Below are positions 1 to 9,834 of a stretch of 64,000 nt of DNA, piece by piece (within the stretch, counting starts at the first letter, position 1; the number at the start of each line of letters is the position of its first letter). Origin of the DNA: ANME-2 cluster archaeon (lineage in GTDB: Archaea; Halobacteriota; Methanosarcinia; Methanosarcinales; Methanocomedenaceae); NCBI GenBank assembly GCA_019429385.1, contig JAHYIS010000004.1, forward strand, positions 7,597 to 71,596, given 5' to 3'. A program made the translations under genes and the position numbers. The notes under the pieces are model-generated. The model was not told where the DNA came from. It saw nothing but the letters and a program-made list of their open reading frames with translations, and made no database searches.

Positions 1-650
1 TCGATCATTCCATGCATTTCCATATCTACGAAGATACGTCCCAGTTTGCCGAGCCCTATTGAAAGCTTGAAATCATGGAACAGGCGTTGTTGTATCTCCT
101 GTGGTGTCTTCCATTCTTCACCTGTTATCCTGCCAATGAACCCTGACAGGTCTTCGAACATGGCCCAGGGATAGATGACCCAGCGCCATTTCACTATCCT
201 GTGTGCATAGTAGTCAGGCACATAGGATGAGCAGGTCTTGTGCTGCAGTACGGCCGTCCGAACTTCAGACGGCTGGCAGTCCATGATGTAATGAAGTGCT
301 TCCAGCAGCGTATCACCAGTATCGGTGACATCGTCCACCAGCAGTACCCGCATATTGGATATGTCAGTGGAAAGTCCGAACCGTATATGGGCCATGTCAT
401 CAATGGTAGCTGCTACGCCCCAGTGCTCCATCTTTATCGAGGTCAGATCGCGGAATAACAGGTAATCACATACCACCCGCGCAGGTACATATCCTCCTCT
501 GCCGATGGCTACAATAATCTCTGGTTTAAATTTGGAAATATGTACCATGCGCGCGAGGTCACGAGACATCCGTTCCACCTCACCCCAGGATATCAAATGG
601 CAGCGGAATTGGTTTTTTTTTGTATAATCTAACCCTGTAGAGTTCCCCAT
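1..650 (-). CDS. Type I phosphoribosyltransferase (purine PRT-like); runs off the window edge
   Basis: Hand-translated from ATG at 650: MGNSTG...IVAIGRGGYVPARVVCDYL...VLLVDDVTDTGDTL (PRPP-binding motif)...PDYY...WVIYPW. Absent from the ORF track because no stop lies in the window. Confidence 0.9.
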   Translation of the reverse strand, partial: MGNSTGLDYTKKNQFRCHLISWGEVERMSRDLARMVHISKFKPEIIVAIGRGGYVPARVVCDYLLFRDLTSIKMEHWGVAATIDDMAHIRFGLSTDISNMRVLLVDDVTDTGDTLLEALHYIMDCQPSEVRTAVLQHKTCSSYVPDYYAHRIVKWRWVIYPWAMFEDLSGFIGRITGEEWKTPQEIQQRLFHDFKLSIGLGKLGRIFVDMEMHGMI

Positions 651-734
651 AATGAAGAAATATTGATAGTATTTAATTAACCTTTCCTAAATTGGCATAA
701 TTGAGGAAAACATTTTTATGTTACTACTTATAGT

Positions 735-1247
735 ATGACATTATGTCATCGGGTTAAACCGAACCTAGCGAGGATATTCTCGTTAGCTCAACCTGTTATG
801 TCTCGAATAAAAGATATCGACCTGAAAAAAAATATGAAATACCACTCGAGGATACAACATCTCACGAAGTTGTTCCTGAGCAAGAAAGCAGAACTTGCCA
901 CCCGTTACCAGGGGTATCAGGAACTGCTGGGGTTCATTGACCAATGCCAGTACTGGGGTATCACTGACCGCGGAGAGGAGAAAGCTCTGGATAAATGGAT
1001 TGATGTGCTCGAGCGCTGGCCCTTTGATGGTGGAGCACCCACTGGCCCGCTGCCGCACGTGCAAAGGCAGAGGACCATGACACGGGATGGATTTGTCTGT
1101 ACCATGTGCGGACGCCCTTCTGATGAAGTGCACCATAAAACATCGAGGTCAAAGGGAGGCAGGAACCAAGCTGTAAATCTTACTTCATTGTGTATGAAAT
1201 GTCACGACAAAGTGCATGGAGTAAGGTCTGGTTCAGATAGAAATTGA
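735..1247 (+). CDS. HNH endonuclease domain protein
   Basis: C-terminal RDGFVCTMCG...EVHH...KGGRNQAVNLTSLCMKCHDKVH (Zn-binding HNH); the true start may be a downstream ATG. Confidence 0.8.
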   Translation: MTLCHRVKPNLARIFSLAQPVMSRIKDIDLKKNMKYHSRIQHLTKLFLSKKAELATRYQGYQELLGFIDQCQYWGITDRGEEKALDKWIDVLERWPFDGGAPTGPLPHVQRQRTMTRDGFVCTMCGRPSDEVHHKTSRSKGGRNQAVNLTSLCMKCHDKVHGVRSGSDRN

Positions 1248-1272
1248 TATTAATGTTATCATTTTTCAGACT

Positions 1273-1552
1273 CTGCATACTCAATATACTTGGTGTCCCC
1301 AATAAAACCTGCATGCTCAACATACCTGGTGTCCCCAGTAAAGCCTGCATACTCAACATACCTGGTGTCCCCAGTAAAGCCTGCATACTCAACATACCTG
1401 GTGTCACCAGTAAAGCCTGCATACTCAACATACCTGGTGTCCCCAGTAAAGCCGGTATACTCAACATACCTGGTGTCCCCAGTAAAGCCGGTATACTCAA
1501 CATACCTGGTGTCCCCAGTAAAGCCGGTATACTCAACCTGCCTGGTGTCCCC
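1273..1552. repeat. Tandem array of 8 x 36-bp units (last partial), consensus CTGCATACTCAACATACCTGGTGTCCCCAGTAAAGC
   Basis: Units start at 1273, 1309, 1345, 1381, 1417, 1453, 1489, 1525; only point differences and no spacers. Confidence 0.95.
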
Positions 1553-1663
1553 TGAAAACTCTTTGGTCACTAAATGATCATAACAGTTGATCATGGATGC
1601 GAATCATAAATTATTATATATAGTTTAAGTAAGATTATTGTCTTACAATAACCGGGTGCAATT

Positions 1664-2815
1664 ATGAAATGGTCTTTACAGATTGGAAAAGTTATCGGGA
1701 TTCCGATACGGCTGCATGTAACCTTTCTTTTTATACTTATATTATTCATCTATTATTTTGCTATAATTGATTTCCAGATAGGCACATTGGTACTGGGATT
1801 CAACGGCATGAACATATCATTGATGGAAAAACTGATTTTCAGTACTATTGCCTCTATCCTGTTCTTCTCCACTATCCTGTTGCATGAATTGAGCCATTCA
1901 TTCGTTGCCAAAAGAAGTGGCCTGAACATCCAGAGTATAACTCTCTTTGTGTTCGGGGGTGTGGCCCAGATGGAAGAGATACCCCGTAACCCAAAACTTG
2001 AATTGAAAATGGCTGCAGCAGGCCCTGCCCTGAGCCTGGCCATAGGCTTGATGACCTATGCATTGTATGTATATTTCGGCCCCGTTGAAGTTGATGGAAT
2101 TGGCATGACCGCCAAAAACGCAGTGCTGATAACTGCAGGGATCATCTCGGTGTATAATCTGGTCCTTGGTATATTCAACCTCTTGCCCGCTTTTCCTATG
2201 GACGGCGGCCGTGTGCTCAGGGCATTTCTGGCAATGTGGCTTCCGTACATGGATGCTACCCGAATGGCGGTCTCAATAGGCAAAACCTTTGCGCTTTTGA
2301 TGGGAATATTCGGTCTTCTCACAGTTAACATAATGCTCATATTGATAGCGGTATTTGTGTTCTATGGAGCACAGGGGGAAGAAAGAGAAACATTCTTTGC
2401 CATCAGTCTTGAAGGTATAAAAGTAAAAGATGTCATGACCCCGGTCCAGGATCTGATATTTGTCCCCCCTGGCTGGACCATATCCCAGCTTGTCGAAGCT
2501 ATGTTCAGGTTCAAACACATGGGATACCCGGTGCAGGATGGGCTGGACAGACCACCCCTGGGAATTGTGACATTTGAAGATGTGCAAAAAGTTCCCAAAC
2601 AGCAACATGATACTGTTCAGGTAAAGGATATCATGACTGGGAATATCATTTCAGTGACCCCTGAAACTGAAGCATACCAGGCACTTCAGACCATAGCAAA
2701 ACATAATATTGGCAGGCTTCTTGTCATCAAGGATGGCAGGCTTAATGGTATCATAACAATGAAAGATATAATGAGAAACATGCAGTTCAAGCACATGTAT
2801 CCTTCCCCTGAGTGA
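1664..2815 (+). CDS. Site-2 protease (M50) with paired CBS domains
   Basis: HELSH motif, FNLLPAFPMDGGR motif, TM helices, two C-terminal CBS repeats. Confidence 0.93.
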   Translation: MKWSLQIGKVIGIPIRLHVTFLFILILFIYYFAIIDFQIGTLVLGFNGMNISLMEKLIFSTIASILFFSTILLHELSHSFVAKRSGLNIQSITLFVFGGVAQMEEIPRNPKLELKMAAAGPALSLAIGLMTYALYVYFGPVEVDGIGMTAKNAVLITAGIISVYNLVLGIFNLLPAFPMDGGRVLRAFLAMWLPYMDATRMAVSIGKTFALLMGIFGLLTVNIMLILIAVFVFYGAQGEERETFFAISLEGIKVKDVMTPVQDLIFVPPGWTISQLVEAMFRFKHMGYPVQDGLDRPPLGIVTFEDVQKVPKQQHDTVQVKDIMTGNIISVTPETEAYQALQTIAKHNIGRLLVIKDGRLNGIITMKDIMRNMQFKHMYPSPE

Positions 2816-2834
2816 ACAAATGTGGTGATGCAGG

Positions 2835-3248
2835 ATGGAAGACTGTATATTTTGCAAAATAGTCAAAGGTGATATCCCGAGCGTTACTGTTTACCAGGAC
2901 AACGATACTCTGGCATTTCTGGATATTAACCCGAATACCCGAGGGCACACACTGGTAATCCCAAAAAAACATGCTGATAACATAACGGACATGGAGGATA
3001 AGGATATAGCGTCAGTGTTCAGAACTGTTCGCAAAGTGGTCAGTGGTTTACAGGCGGCGATCGATCCTGACGGATTCAACCTGGTGGTCAATCACGGTGA
3101 AGTGGCAGGGCAGGTCATACATCACTTCCATTGCCACGTTGTACCACGAAATATCGGGGATGGTGTCGAATACACATTCGAGGGGTCAACACTTCATCCA
3201 CAAGAGTTTAAGGAACTTGCTGTACAAGTGGCTGAGAACATACATTAA
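2835..3248 (+). CDS. HIT family nucleotide hydrolase
   Basis: DCIFCKI start, GHTLVIPKKH, HFHCHVVPR histidine triad. Confidence 0.93.
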   Translation: MEDCIFCKIVKGDIPSVTVYQDNDTLAFLDINPNTRGHTLVIPKKHADNITDMEDKDIASVFRTVRKVVSGLQAAIDPDGFNLVVNHGEVAGQVIHHFHCHVVPRNIGDGVEYTFEGSTLHPQEFKELAVQVAENIH

Positions 3249-3461
3249 AACCTGTATCAAAAACGTGCTCTATTCTGAATGTCCTTTTTTTTTAGTTTTA
3301 GATGTATAATTGCCTATTTGTATAATTGTAATGGTAAATTCAGACAATTGGGCCACTATTTGTGCATATACGGAAACAATTAAATATGCGTTTTTCATTC
3401 CAAATAATTGTAATTATTATTCACCAATTTGGCAACGAATAATTATTGAAAGAAAAGTGAT

Positions 3462-3689
3462 ATGACAATGAATATCCAGTTCCTCGATACTATGGGAAAA
3501 ACCTGCCCTATCCCGCTATTCCTGACAAATTCAAAGTTACAGCAGATGTCTCGCGGTGAAAGACTGGAAGTGGTTTCGGATTGTGCTTCCCTGCTGCCTG
3601 ACCTTATGTCCATATTCCATAAACGATGCAGGGTATTGAACTGGGCAAATGAGAACACTATTTTCAGGATAACTCTCCAGAAGACCTAG
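3462..3689 (+). CDS. TusA/SirA-like sulfur carrier
   Basis: LDTMGKTCPIP (CPxP motif), 75 aa; stop shares CTAG with the convergent tgt stop. Confidence 0.75.
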   Translation: MTMNIQFLDTMGKTCPIPLFLTNSKLQQMSRGERLEVVSDCASLLPDLMSIFHKRCRVLNWANENTIFRITLQKT

Positions 3690-4801
3690 GTTCTATTGGC
3701 CTGACCTGAATATTCGCGCTTGAACTGTTCCCTGAACTCATGGAACCTATCCTCTAAGATGGAATTCCGTGCCTCTCCCATCAACTCTTGCAGGAAGTGG
3801 ACATTGTGTATGGATGCCAGGCGCAGGGCCAGGAGTTCCGATTCCTTGAAAAGGTGGTACAGGTATGCCCTGGAAAAGTGTTGACAGGTGTGGCACTTAC
3901 AATCTTCATCAATAGGCCTGAAGTCCCTTGCATGGGATGAACGGCGCACGTCCATCTGACCGTACCTGGTCATTACAGTCTGGTGCCTTGCATTGCGGGT
4001 GGGGAATGCGCTGTCAAAGATATCGACCCCCAGTGATATCGATTCCAGCAGTTCAACTGGCGATCCCACACCCATAAGGTATCTGGGCTTATCAGGTGGT
4101 ATCTGGGTCAGGTTCAACCTGATAATCTCATGCATAACCTCTTTGGGCTCACCGATGCTCAAACCCCCGATACCATAACCGTCAAAACCCATTTCGACCA
4201 GTTTTCGGGCGCAGGTTTCCCGCATCTCAGGGTATGTCCCTCCCTGCAAAATAGCAAAGACCAGCTGGTTGTCATTACAACGCGCCTCAAGACTGCGCTG
4301 CCCCCAGTTCAATGTCCGGCATACCGATTCCCTTACCTCGTCACGGGTACTGCCCCAGGGCGGGCAGTCATCCAGTACCATTGCCACGTCAGAACCCAGT
4401 GCACCCTGTATCTCCATACACATTTCAGGCGTGTACATATACCGCTTACCATCCCTGGAATTGAAGTAACTGATACCCTGGTTGTTCAGTTTGAACCTGA
4501 ACTCCTTGCGCAATATCTGGAATCCGCCACTGTCCGTGAAAATAGCTCCATCCCAATCCATGAACGTATGCAGCCCCCCTGCCTCATGTATCAAATCATG
4601 GCCCGGGCTCAGGTACAGGTGGAAAGCATTACTGATGATGGCCTGGGTTCCCATTTCCCGTATTTCCTGGGATGTAAGCGATTTGACCGTAGCCTTGGTC
4701 GCCACTGGCATAAATGCAGGTGTATCCACGACCTGGTGATGCGTGATCAGTTTTCCTACCCTGGCATGAGATGAATGTTCCTGATGGACTATTTCAAACA
4801 T
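3686..4801 (-). CDS. tgt: Bacterial-type tRNA-guanine(34) transglycosylase
   Basis: TPAFMPVAT, TDSGGFQ, DDCPP, QGG, GGLSIGE, PRYLMGVG, PTRNAR, CKCHTC Zn site; 371 aa without the archaeosine-TGT C-terminal domains. Confidence 0.92.
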   Translation of the reverse strand: MFEIVHQEHSSHARVGKLITHHQVVDTPAFMPVATKATVKSLTSQEIREMGTQAIISNAFHLYLSPGHDLIHEAGGLHTFMDWDGAIFTDSGGFQILRKEFRFKLNNQGISYFNSRDGKRYMYTPEMCMEIQGALGSDVAMVLDDCPPWGSTRDEVRESVCRTLNWGQRSLEARCNDNQLVFAILQGGTYPEMRETCARKLVEMGFDGYGIGGLSIGEPKEVMHEIIRLNLTQIPPDKPRYLMGVGSPVELLESISLGVDIFDSAFPTRNARHQTVMTRYGQMDVRRSSHARDFRPIDEDCKCHTCQHFSRAYLYHLFKESELLALRLASIHNVHFLQELMGEARNSILEDRFHEFREQFKREYSGQANRT

Positions 4802-4803
4802 GC

Positions 4804-5916
4804 TCAGCCCCCCCTGTTGTCCCCTGCCATTTTTGTATTGTCTGCCCTCATGTTTCTCACGGTATCATCTATCAACCCTTTATCCCCTGATTTCTTATTG
4901 TCCAGTATGAACATTGCATCTCCAAAACTGTAGAACCTGTATCCATTATCTATGGCCACTTTATATGCTGCCAGCACCGCGTCCTTCCCGGCATAAGCAC
5001 TGATAAGCATTAACAGTGTGGATTTGGGAAGATGGAAATTGGTGATAATCCCGCTCATAGGTGTCCTGAACTGGTATGGCGGGTGAATGAATATCTCGCT
5101 CCAGCCCCGTGACGGTACTATCCTGCCATCCAGCCATTGTGCACTTTCCAGCGCCCTGACCGTAGTCGTGCCAACCACGATTATTCTGCCGTCAATTTCA
5201 ATTGTATCATTAATTGCACGTGTCGTATCCTCGTCAATGATAAAGTATTCACTCTCCATAGTATGCTCTTCAACATCTTCGGCACGGACTGGCATGAACG
5301 TGCCCACCCCTACATGGAGTGTCACAAATGCCAGTTTTACGCCCATCCGTTCAATCGTATCAATCAATTGCGGTGTAAAATGCAGTCCGGCAGTTGGCGC
5401 TGCAATGGAGCCTTCGCACCTGGAATATATGGTCTGGTATCGCTCCCCGTCTTCCAGTTCTTCTTTAATGTATGGCGGCACTGGCATGACCCCCACTTCG
5501 AGCAAGCAGGTCATAAAGTCCCCCTCGCATTGAAACCTGATATGGTATCGGTATCCTGTAGGGGAGTCCACACGGCCCTCCAATGTTCCTGATATGTTCG
5601 TGAAATTGATTTTAGCACCCACGTTGACCTTACCCCTGACCAGGCATTCATAATACTTATCGTCCAACCGCTTAACAAGCAGCACTTCGAGCCTGCCTCC
5701 GGTCTCTTTTATGCCGAACAGCCTGGCAGGTATCACCCTGCTGTTGTTCAATACCAGCAGGTCACCGGGGCGAAGGAACCGGGGCAGGTCAAGAAAAGCG
5801 TGGTGATGCCATTCGTTTCTATCCAGCACCATCAACTTTGAAGAATCCCTGGGGTCGGCGGGTTTCTGGGCGATCATGTCCTGGGGCAGGTGGTAATCAA
5901 AATCCGATAGTCTCAT
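4804..5916 (-). CDS. queA: S-adenosylmethionine:tRNA ribosyltransferase-isomerase
   Basis: LSDFDYHLP..IAQ.P, PPYI, YQT.Y, AAPTAGLHF, TLHVG.GTF, VGTT.VRALES, TNFHLPKSTL, YRFYSFGDAM. Confidence 0.96.
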   Translation of the reverse strand: MRLSDFDYHLPQDMIAQKPADPRDSSKLMVLDRNEWHHHAFLDLPRFLRPGDLLVLNNSRVIPARLFGIKETGGRLEVLLVKRLDDKYYECLVRGKVNVGAKINFTNISGTLEGRVDSPTGYRYHIRFQCEGDFMTCLLEVGVMPVPPYIKEELEDGERYQTIYSRCEGSIAAPTAGLHFTPQLIDTIERMGVKLAFVTLHVGVGTFMPVRAEDVEEHTMESEYFIIDEDTTRAINDTIEIDGRIIVVGTTTVRALESAQWLDGRIVPSRGWSEIFIHPPYQFRTPMSGIITNFHLPKSTLLMLISAYAGKDAVLAAYKVAIDNGYRFYSFGDAMFILDNKKSGDKGLIDDTVRNMRADNTKMAGDNRGG

Positions 5917-6056
5917 ATCGGTTCCCCTTAAGACTTATATGATTAAATCTTTATGTTCGGTGTGTACTACCCTTAAAACCGGTTACCCTTCATAAGATGC
6001 TCATGCAAAATTAAATCAGATTTTTTAAAAAAAGAAAAGAAAAGCAGGCATTATGC

Positions 6057-6635
6057 CTACTTCTCCATATACATAGATACTGATTTGAATTTAATCAGTT
6101 CGCTAAAATCACTGGTCCCAAGATCCTCGTCATTTATGGATGCGGTGACTGTAGCTTCTCTGTACATTGAATTATCGCTGTACTTCGACATGAAGTCATC
6201 GTACTTGGAAATAGACTTTGAGCTGCTCTTCATGACATCACCTTCACCTGTCCATTGGGCAGCGAGGGTTATGGTTTCCACAGTATCCGTATTCCAATCA
6301 TAGAGCTCGATGTTAACAGGAGAAAGAATAGCTGACCCCAGTTTTTTATCCATAGTAAAAACATCATCCCGGGTGAACATATAACCTGACCTGCCAGACC
6401 ATTCACCGGTCTTTTCGTCATATGTCCAGATATAAACAGAGATATCGGTTCCATCATCAGTCTCTAGTACCTGAATGAATTTATCCGTATATACGCCATT
6501 GGCATATTCAGACCAACTTGCATAAGCAGCCATCCCATCGTCTCGATAGATTACTTTAGATTCGAATGCCTCAGCACTTATGGTCAGCGAAAGCAAAACC
6601 ATAAACACCAACACACCTGCAAACACTTTCTTCAT
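6057..6635 (-). CDS. Secreted hypothetical protein
   Basis: Signal peptide MKKVFAGVLVFMVLLSLTISAEA, GGAGG RBS, T-rich tract after the stop. Confidence 0.75.
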   Translation of the reverse strand: MKKVFAGVLVFMVLLSLTISAEAFESKVIYRDDGMAAYASWSEYANGVYTDKFIQVLETDDGTDISVYIWTYDEKTGEWSGRSGYMFTRDDVFTMDKKLGSAILSPVNIELYDWNTDTVETITLAAQWTGEGDVMKSSSKSISKYDDFMSKYSDNSMYREATVTASINDEDLGTSDFSELIKFKSVSMYMEK

Positions 6636-6845
6636 ATTTTATCCTCCTTGTCTACTATACCCCTCATCGAAAGTGTGATACATAATTTCTAAGCATTCTG
6701 TTTATTGTTCGAATTCCTTTATCCTCATCACTGAGGAGAATAAAGATAGTCAAATAATAACTATGCCGACTGAAAGGATTATCAATGTTTTTCATTTCTA
6801 ACCCTCCCCTCTCCGTCACACACACCGGGTATATGAAATATCACT

Positions 6846-7715
6846 ATGAGAAATCAAATTATAGAGAACAAGGTTGCCAGTCTTATCCCGATACCACTGG
6901 TCAAATGGCTGGTTAGAAGAAGCCTGGGGGTACCTCCTCTGGGTACTTTCAGGGGTATATTGGAAAAATATCCAAGAATACTGGGAATAAGCGGGTTAAC
7001 TCTTGAAGAATATGTCAAAGCTATCAATACCCATAAAGATATATTTGGATACCAGATCACACAGCAAACTGAAATAAGTCAGGACAATAAAAATATCCGC
7101 ATCTCGTTCGAGACAGAAGACCCTGAACACTTAAAAGGAATTGTTGTCAGTTATTCATGCCTGCTGGCCCATCATCCCCTTAATTTGAAGACAAAAAAGG
7201 TTATGGAATCCCCTGGTCTTATCATAATAGACTATGAACAATGCAACAGCGAAGAAGAAGCATACAGTTCGGTCATGGAACACTTTGGATATTACCAGTT
7301 ATTGATGGATGAGCTATTAAATAATATCGAATTCTGGAGGATAATCGTAAATATCCTGAAAGCTGACAATTATCAGGATATTATTATCAGCAGGGATATC
7401 TTCCTTCAACTCATTAAATCAAATGATTTTTCTGATGACCTTTGCAGCCTCATAACTATGATATATGGCGTATCGATTGAAGATGAAGATTGCATTAATG
7501 TCGCAAAATACATCTCAGAGATATGTGAGACGAACGGGCTGATCATGAGGATTGAAAATATTGATAATGAAATTAAAATATATCACCGATTCAATGAAAT
7601 GAACATTATCAATCTGGTCAATGACACGATAATCAGGACCCTGGAAATCTCGGGCAACCACTTCATGATCAAAAAAAGTGGAAAGGTTACCATGTTAAGC
7701 AGGAAAACAAAATAA
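6846..7715 (+). CDS. Hypothetical protein
   Basis: 289-aa AT-rich ORF; no motif recognised. Confidence 0.6.
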   Translation: MRNQIIENKVASLIPIPLVKWLVRRSLGVPPLGTFRGILEKYPRILGISGLTLEEYVKAINTHKDIFGYQITQQTEISQDNKNIRISFETEDPEHLKGIVVSYSCLLAHHPLNLKTKKVMESPGLIIIDYEQCNSEEEAYSSVMEHFGYYQLLMDELLNNIEFWRIIVNILKADNYQDIIISRDIFLQLIKSNDFSDDLCSLITMIYGVSIEDEDCINVAKYISEICETNGLIMRIENIDNEIKIYHRFNEMNIINLVNDTIIRTLEISGNHFMIKKSGKVTMLSRKTK

Positions 7716-7779
7716 CTTGAAAATGGTATCGTACCTGTTGGGGGTAAGAGATAATATAGAACAAACCTATTCTCAGCCA

Positions 7780-8721
7780 ATGAACGATACCGTCGGAATA
7801 ACAGCCCTGATACCCCCTGAACTCATGTATGCGTGCGGTAAGAGGCCACTTGATGTGAACAACATAGTGCCAGGAACAACATCGAGCCCTCGCAATAAAC
7901 TGTGCGCCTGGACCGCTATCTGGAGAGATATGATACTGAACGGCAAACTGGATATCGATTCTTTGGTCGTGGTTGCCGGAGGTGACTGCCATAACGCGCT
8001 GGTGGACGGGCAAAAAGCAGAATTAAGCGGCATGCCCACACATTATTTTTTTTATCCCTTTGACAGGGATGCAGATTACCTGAGGTCACAGCTTGAGAAA
8101 CTGGTCCGGTTCCTTGGCGGTATACAGGACGAGAAGATGTTTTCCCTTATCAGCAACCTGAAGTCAAAAGGCAGGGAACTGGACGAACTGAGAGTGAACA
8201 ACCATGCACTGGCAAGTGATGTGTTCTCTGTCCTGATATCGTTCAGTGACCTGGCAGGAGACCCGAAGGCATTTGAAAAAACGCTGGACAGTGTACCCGA
8301 AACAGATGTGCACTATTCCAGCCGGGTTGCACTCATTGGCGTGCCTCCAATATATCCTGATTTCCATATGGTTGCTGAGGGTTTCGGGCTCCATGTGGTG
8401 TACGATGAACTTCCTTTCGAGTTCCTGCGCCTGGGCGGCTATGACCTTGATTCCCTTGCCAGCAGTTACAGGAATTATTCTTTTGCAGGCCCCCTTAAGG
8501 ACAGAGTAAGGCTCATACAGGAAGAACTGCGCCGCCGCCACGTGGATGGCGTAATACACTATACCCAGTTTGCCTGCCACCATACCCTCGAAGATGAGAT
8601 ATTCAGGGAGCATCTCGACTATCCAATTCTCACCGTGCAGGGTGACCTGCCACGCATGTCCCCGGAACAGCTCAAGCTCAGGCTGGAAGCTTTTGCTGAG
8701 ATGCTGGAGGTGATAACGTGA
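7780..8721 (+). CDS. 2-hydroxyacyl-CoA dehydratase family (HgdB/FldB-like) Fe-S protein
   Basis: GITALIPPEL..ACG, LCAW, GGDC, DGVIHYTQFACH, PILTVQGD, LRLEAFAEML; ATG 7780 preferred over the track's TTG 7717. Confidence 0.85.
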   Translation: MNDTVGITALIPPELMYACGKRPLDVNNIVPGTTSSPRNKLCAWTAIWRDMILNGKLDIDSLVVVAGGDCHNALVDGQKAELSGMPTHYFFYPFDRDADYLRSQLEKLVRFLGGIQDEKMFSLISNLKSKGRELDELRVNNHALASDVFSVLISFSDLAGDPKAFEKTLDSVPETDVHYSSRVALIGVPPIYPDFHMVAEGFGLHVVYDELPFEFLRLGGYDLDSLASSYRNYSFAGPLKDRVRLIQEELRRRHVDGVIHYTQFACHHTLEDEIFREHLDYPILTVQGDLPRMSPEQLKLRLEAFAEMLEVIT

Positions 8722-9431
8722 ATATCGGGCTTGATGTGGGCAGTACCACGGCCAAGGTTGTGCATATGGAGAATGGAGAAGTTATTTTTTCTCAGGTAGT
8801 GCCGAGCCAGAGATGGATGGAATTAATTGATGAGGGACAGGATGAGCGGAACATCGTATCTACCGGCTATTTCAGGAAAAAAGTGCCCCATTGCGCTGCA
8901 ATAACCGAGATTACAACAGCATCACTGGGTGCCAGGTACTACGACCCCAAGATCCAGGTCATTATTGACATAGGTGGCCAGGATACCAAAGTCATTGACC
9001 TGCGCAATAATACCTTTTTGATAAATGATAAGTGCAGTGCAGGGACAGGAGCATTTTTAGAGCTGGCAGCACACTATTTTGACATTCCTGTAGGATCCCT
9101 GGGTGAACTGCATAGCAGGGTAACAAAAGGAGCAATGATAAACAACACCTGTGGTGTGTTCGCCATATCTGAGATGATATCCCAGCTGGTTGGAGGATAT
9201 AGCATGGAAGAAGTGATATACGGATTGCACCAGGCTTTTGCACTTCGCATCGCACAGTTAGTGCCACCTGCTGATACCGTGATGCTTATCGGTGGTACGG
9301 TGCAAAATTCCGGTATTGTTGATGCAATAACCAATGTGCTGGATTCAAAAATAACAGTACCGGGCGCACCTCAGCTGGTCAATGCCCTGGGTGCGGCCCT
9401 TTACAGGGAAAGATTAGATGATGTCAGGTAA
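8718..9431 (+). CDS. Acyl-CoA dehydratase activase (HgdC/BadF-type ASKHA ATPase, 4Fe-4S)
   Basis: GLDVGSTTAK, STGY, EIT, DIGGQDTK, NDKCSAGTGAFLE, CGVFAISE; 4-nt overlap with the upstream gene. Confidence 0.92.
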   Translation: MNIGLDVGSTTAKVVHMENGEVIFSQVVPSQRWMELIDEGQDERNIVSTGYFRKKVPHCAAITEITTASLGARYYDPKIQVIIDIGGQDTKVIDLRNNTFLINDKCSAGTGAFLELAAHYFDIPVGSLGELHSRVTKGAMINNTCGVFAISEMISQLVGGYSMEEVIYGLHQAFALRIAQLVPPADTVMLIGGTVQNSGIVDAITNVLDSKITVPGAPQLVNALGAALYRERLDDVR

Positions 9432-9433
9432 GT

Positions 9434-9784
9434 TCAATCCTTTACCCACGGACTTTTAAATCCACCAGTACTGATCTCGCGCATCCGCTTGACCATGTAA
9501 TCATGGGCCATATTAACCGTTTCCAGGTCCCCTCGCAGTACCAGTATTTCGCGGGGGTCGATTTCCACGATCTGAACATTGGCCAGTCTGGTCACCGGTT
9601 CCAGGTCAAACTCCTCCACCAGTTCCACGATTAATGATTCGGGTACGCCGGGTGGTATCATAAGGTCATACAAACCTTCAAGCTCGTTAACTTCCGGTTT
9701 TCCTTCCAGCTCATCTTCTTCAGTAAATTCGTCACCAATATAGACGTTCTTTTTATCCTTATTTTTCATTGCTGTTTCTGTCAA
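9434..9784 (-). CDS. Hypothetical acidic protein
   Basis: 116 aa, YDLMIPPGVP motif, GGTGA RBS. Confidence 0.7.
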   Translation of the reverse strand: MTETAMKNKDKKNVYIGDEFTEEDELEGKPEVNELEGLYDLMIPPGVPESLIVELVEEFDLEPVTRLANVQIVEIDPREILVLRGDLETVNMAHDYMVKRMREISTGGFKSPWVKD

Positions 9785-9834
9785 TTGATCACCATTATAT
9801 TTGTATCGATAAACCCATCATTCTAATACCTGTG

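Noticed and set aside
1273..1552. CRISPR or TIGR array (36-nt period next to an HNH gene)
   Set aside because: Units are contiguous and nearly identical with no variable spacers; no cas genes are present; the HNH protein shows no recognisable Nop domain.
1180..1594. Four overlapping repeat ORFs
   Set aside because: They are open because the 36-bp unit lacks stops in those frames; none can be singled out as coding.
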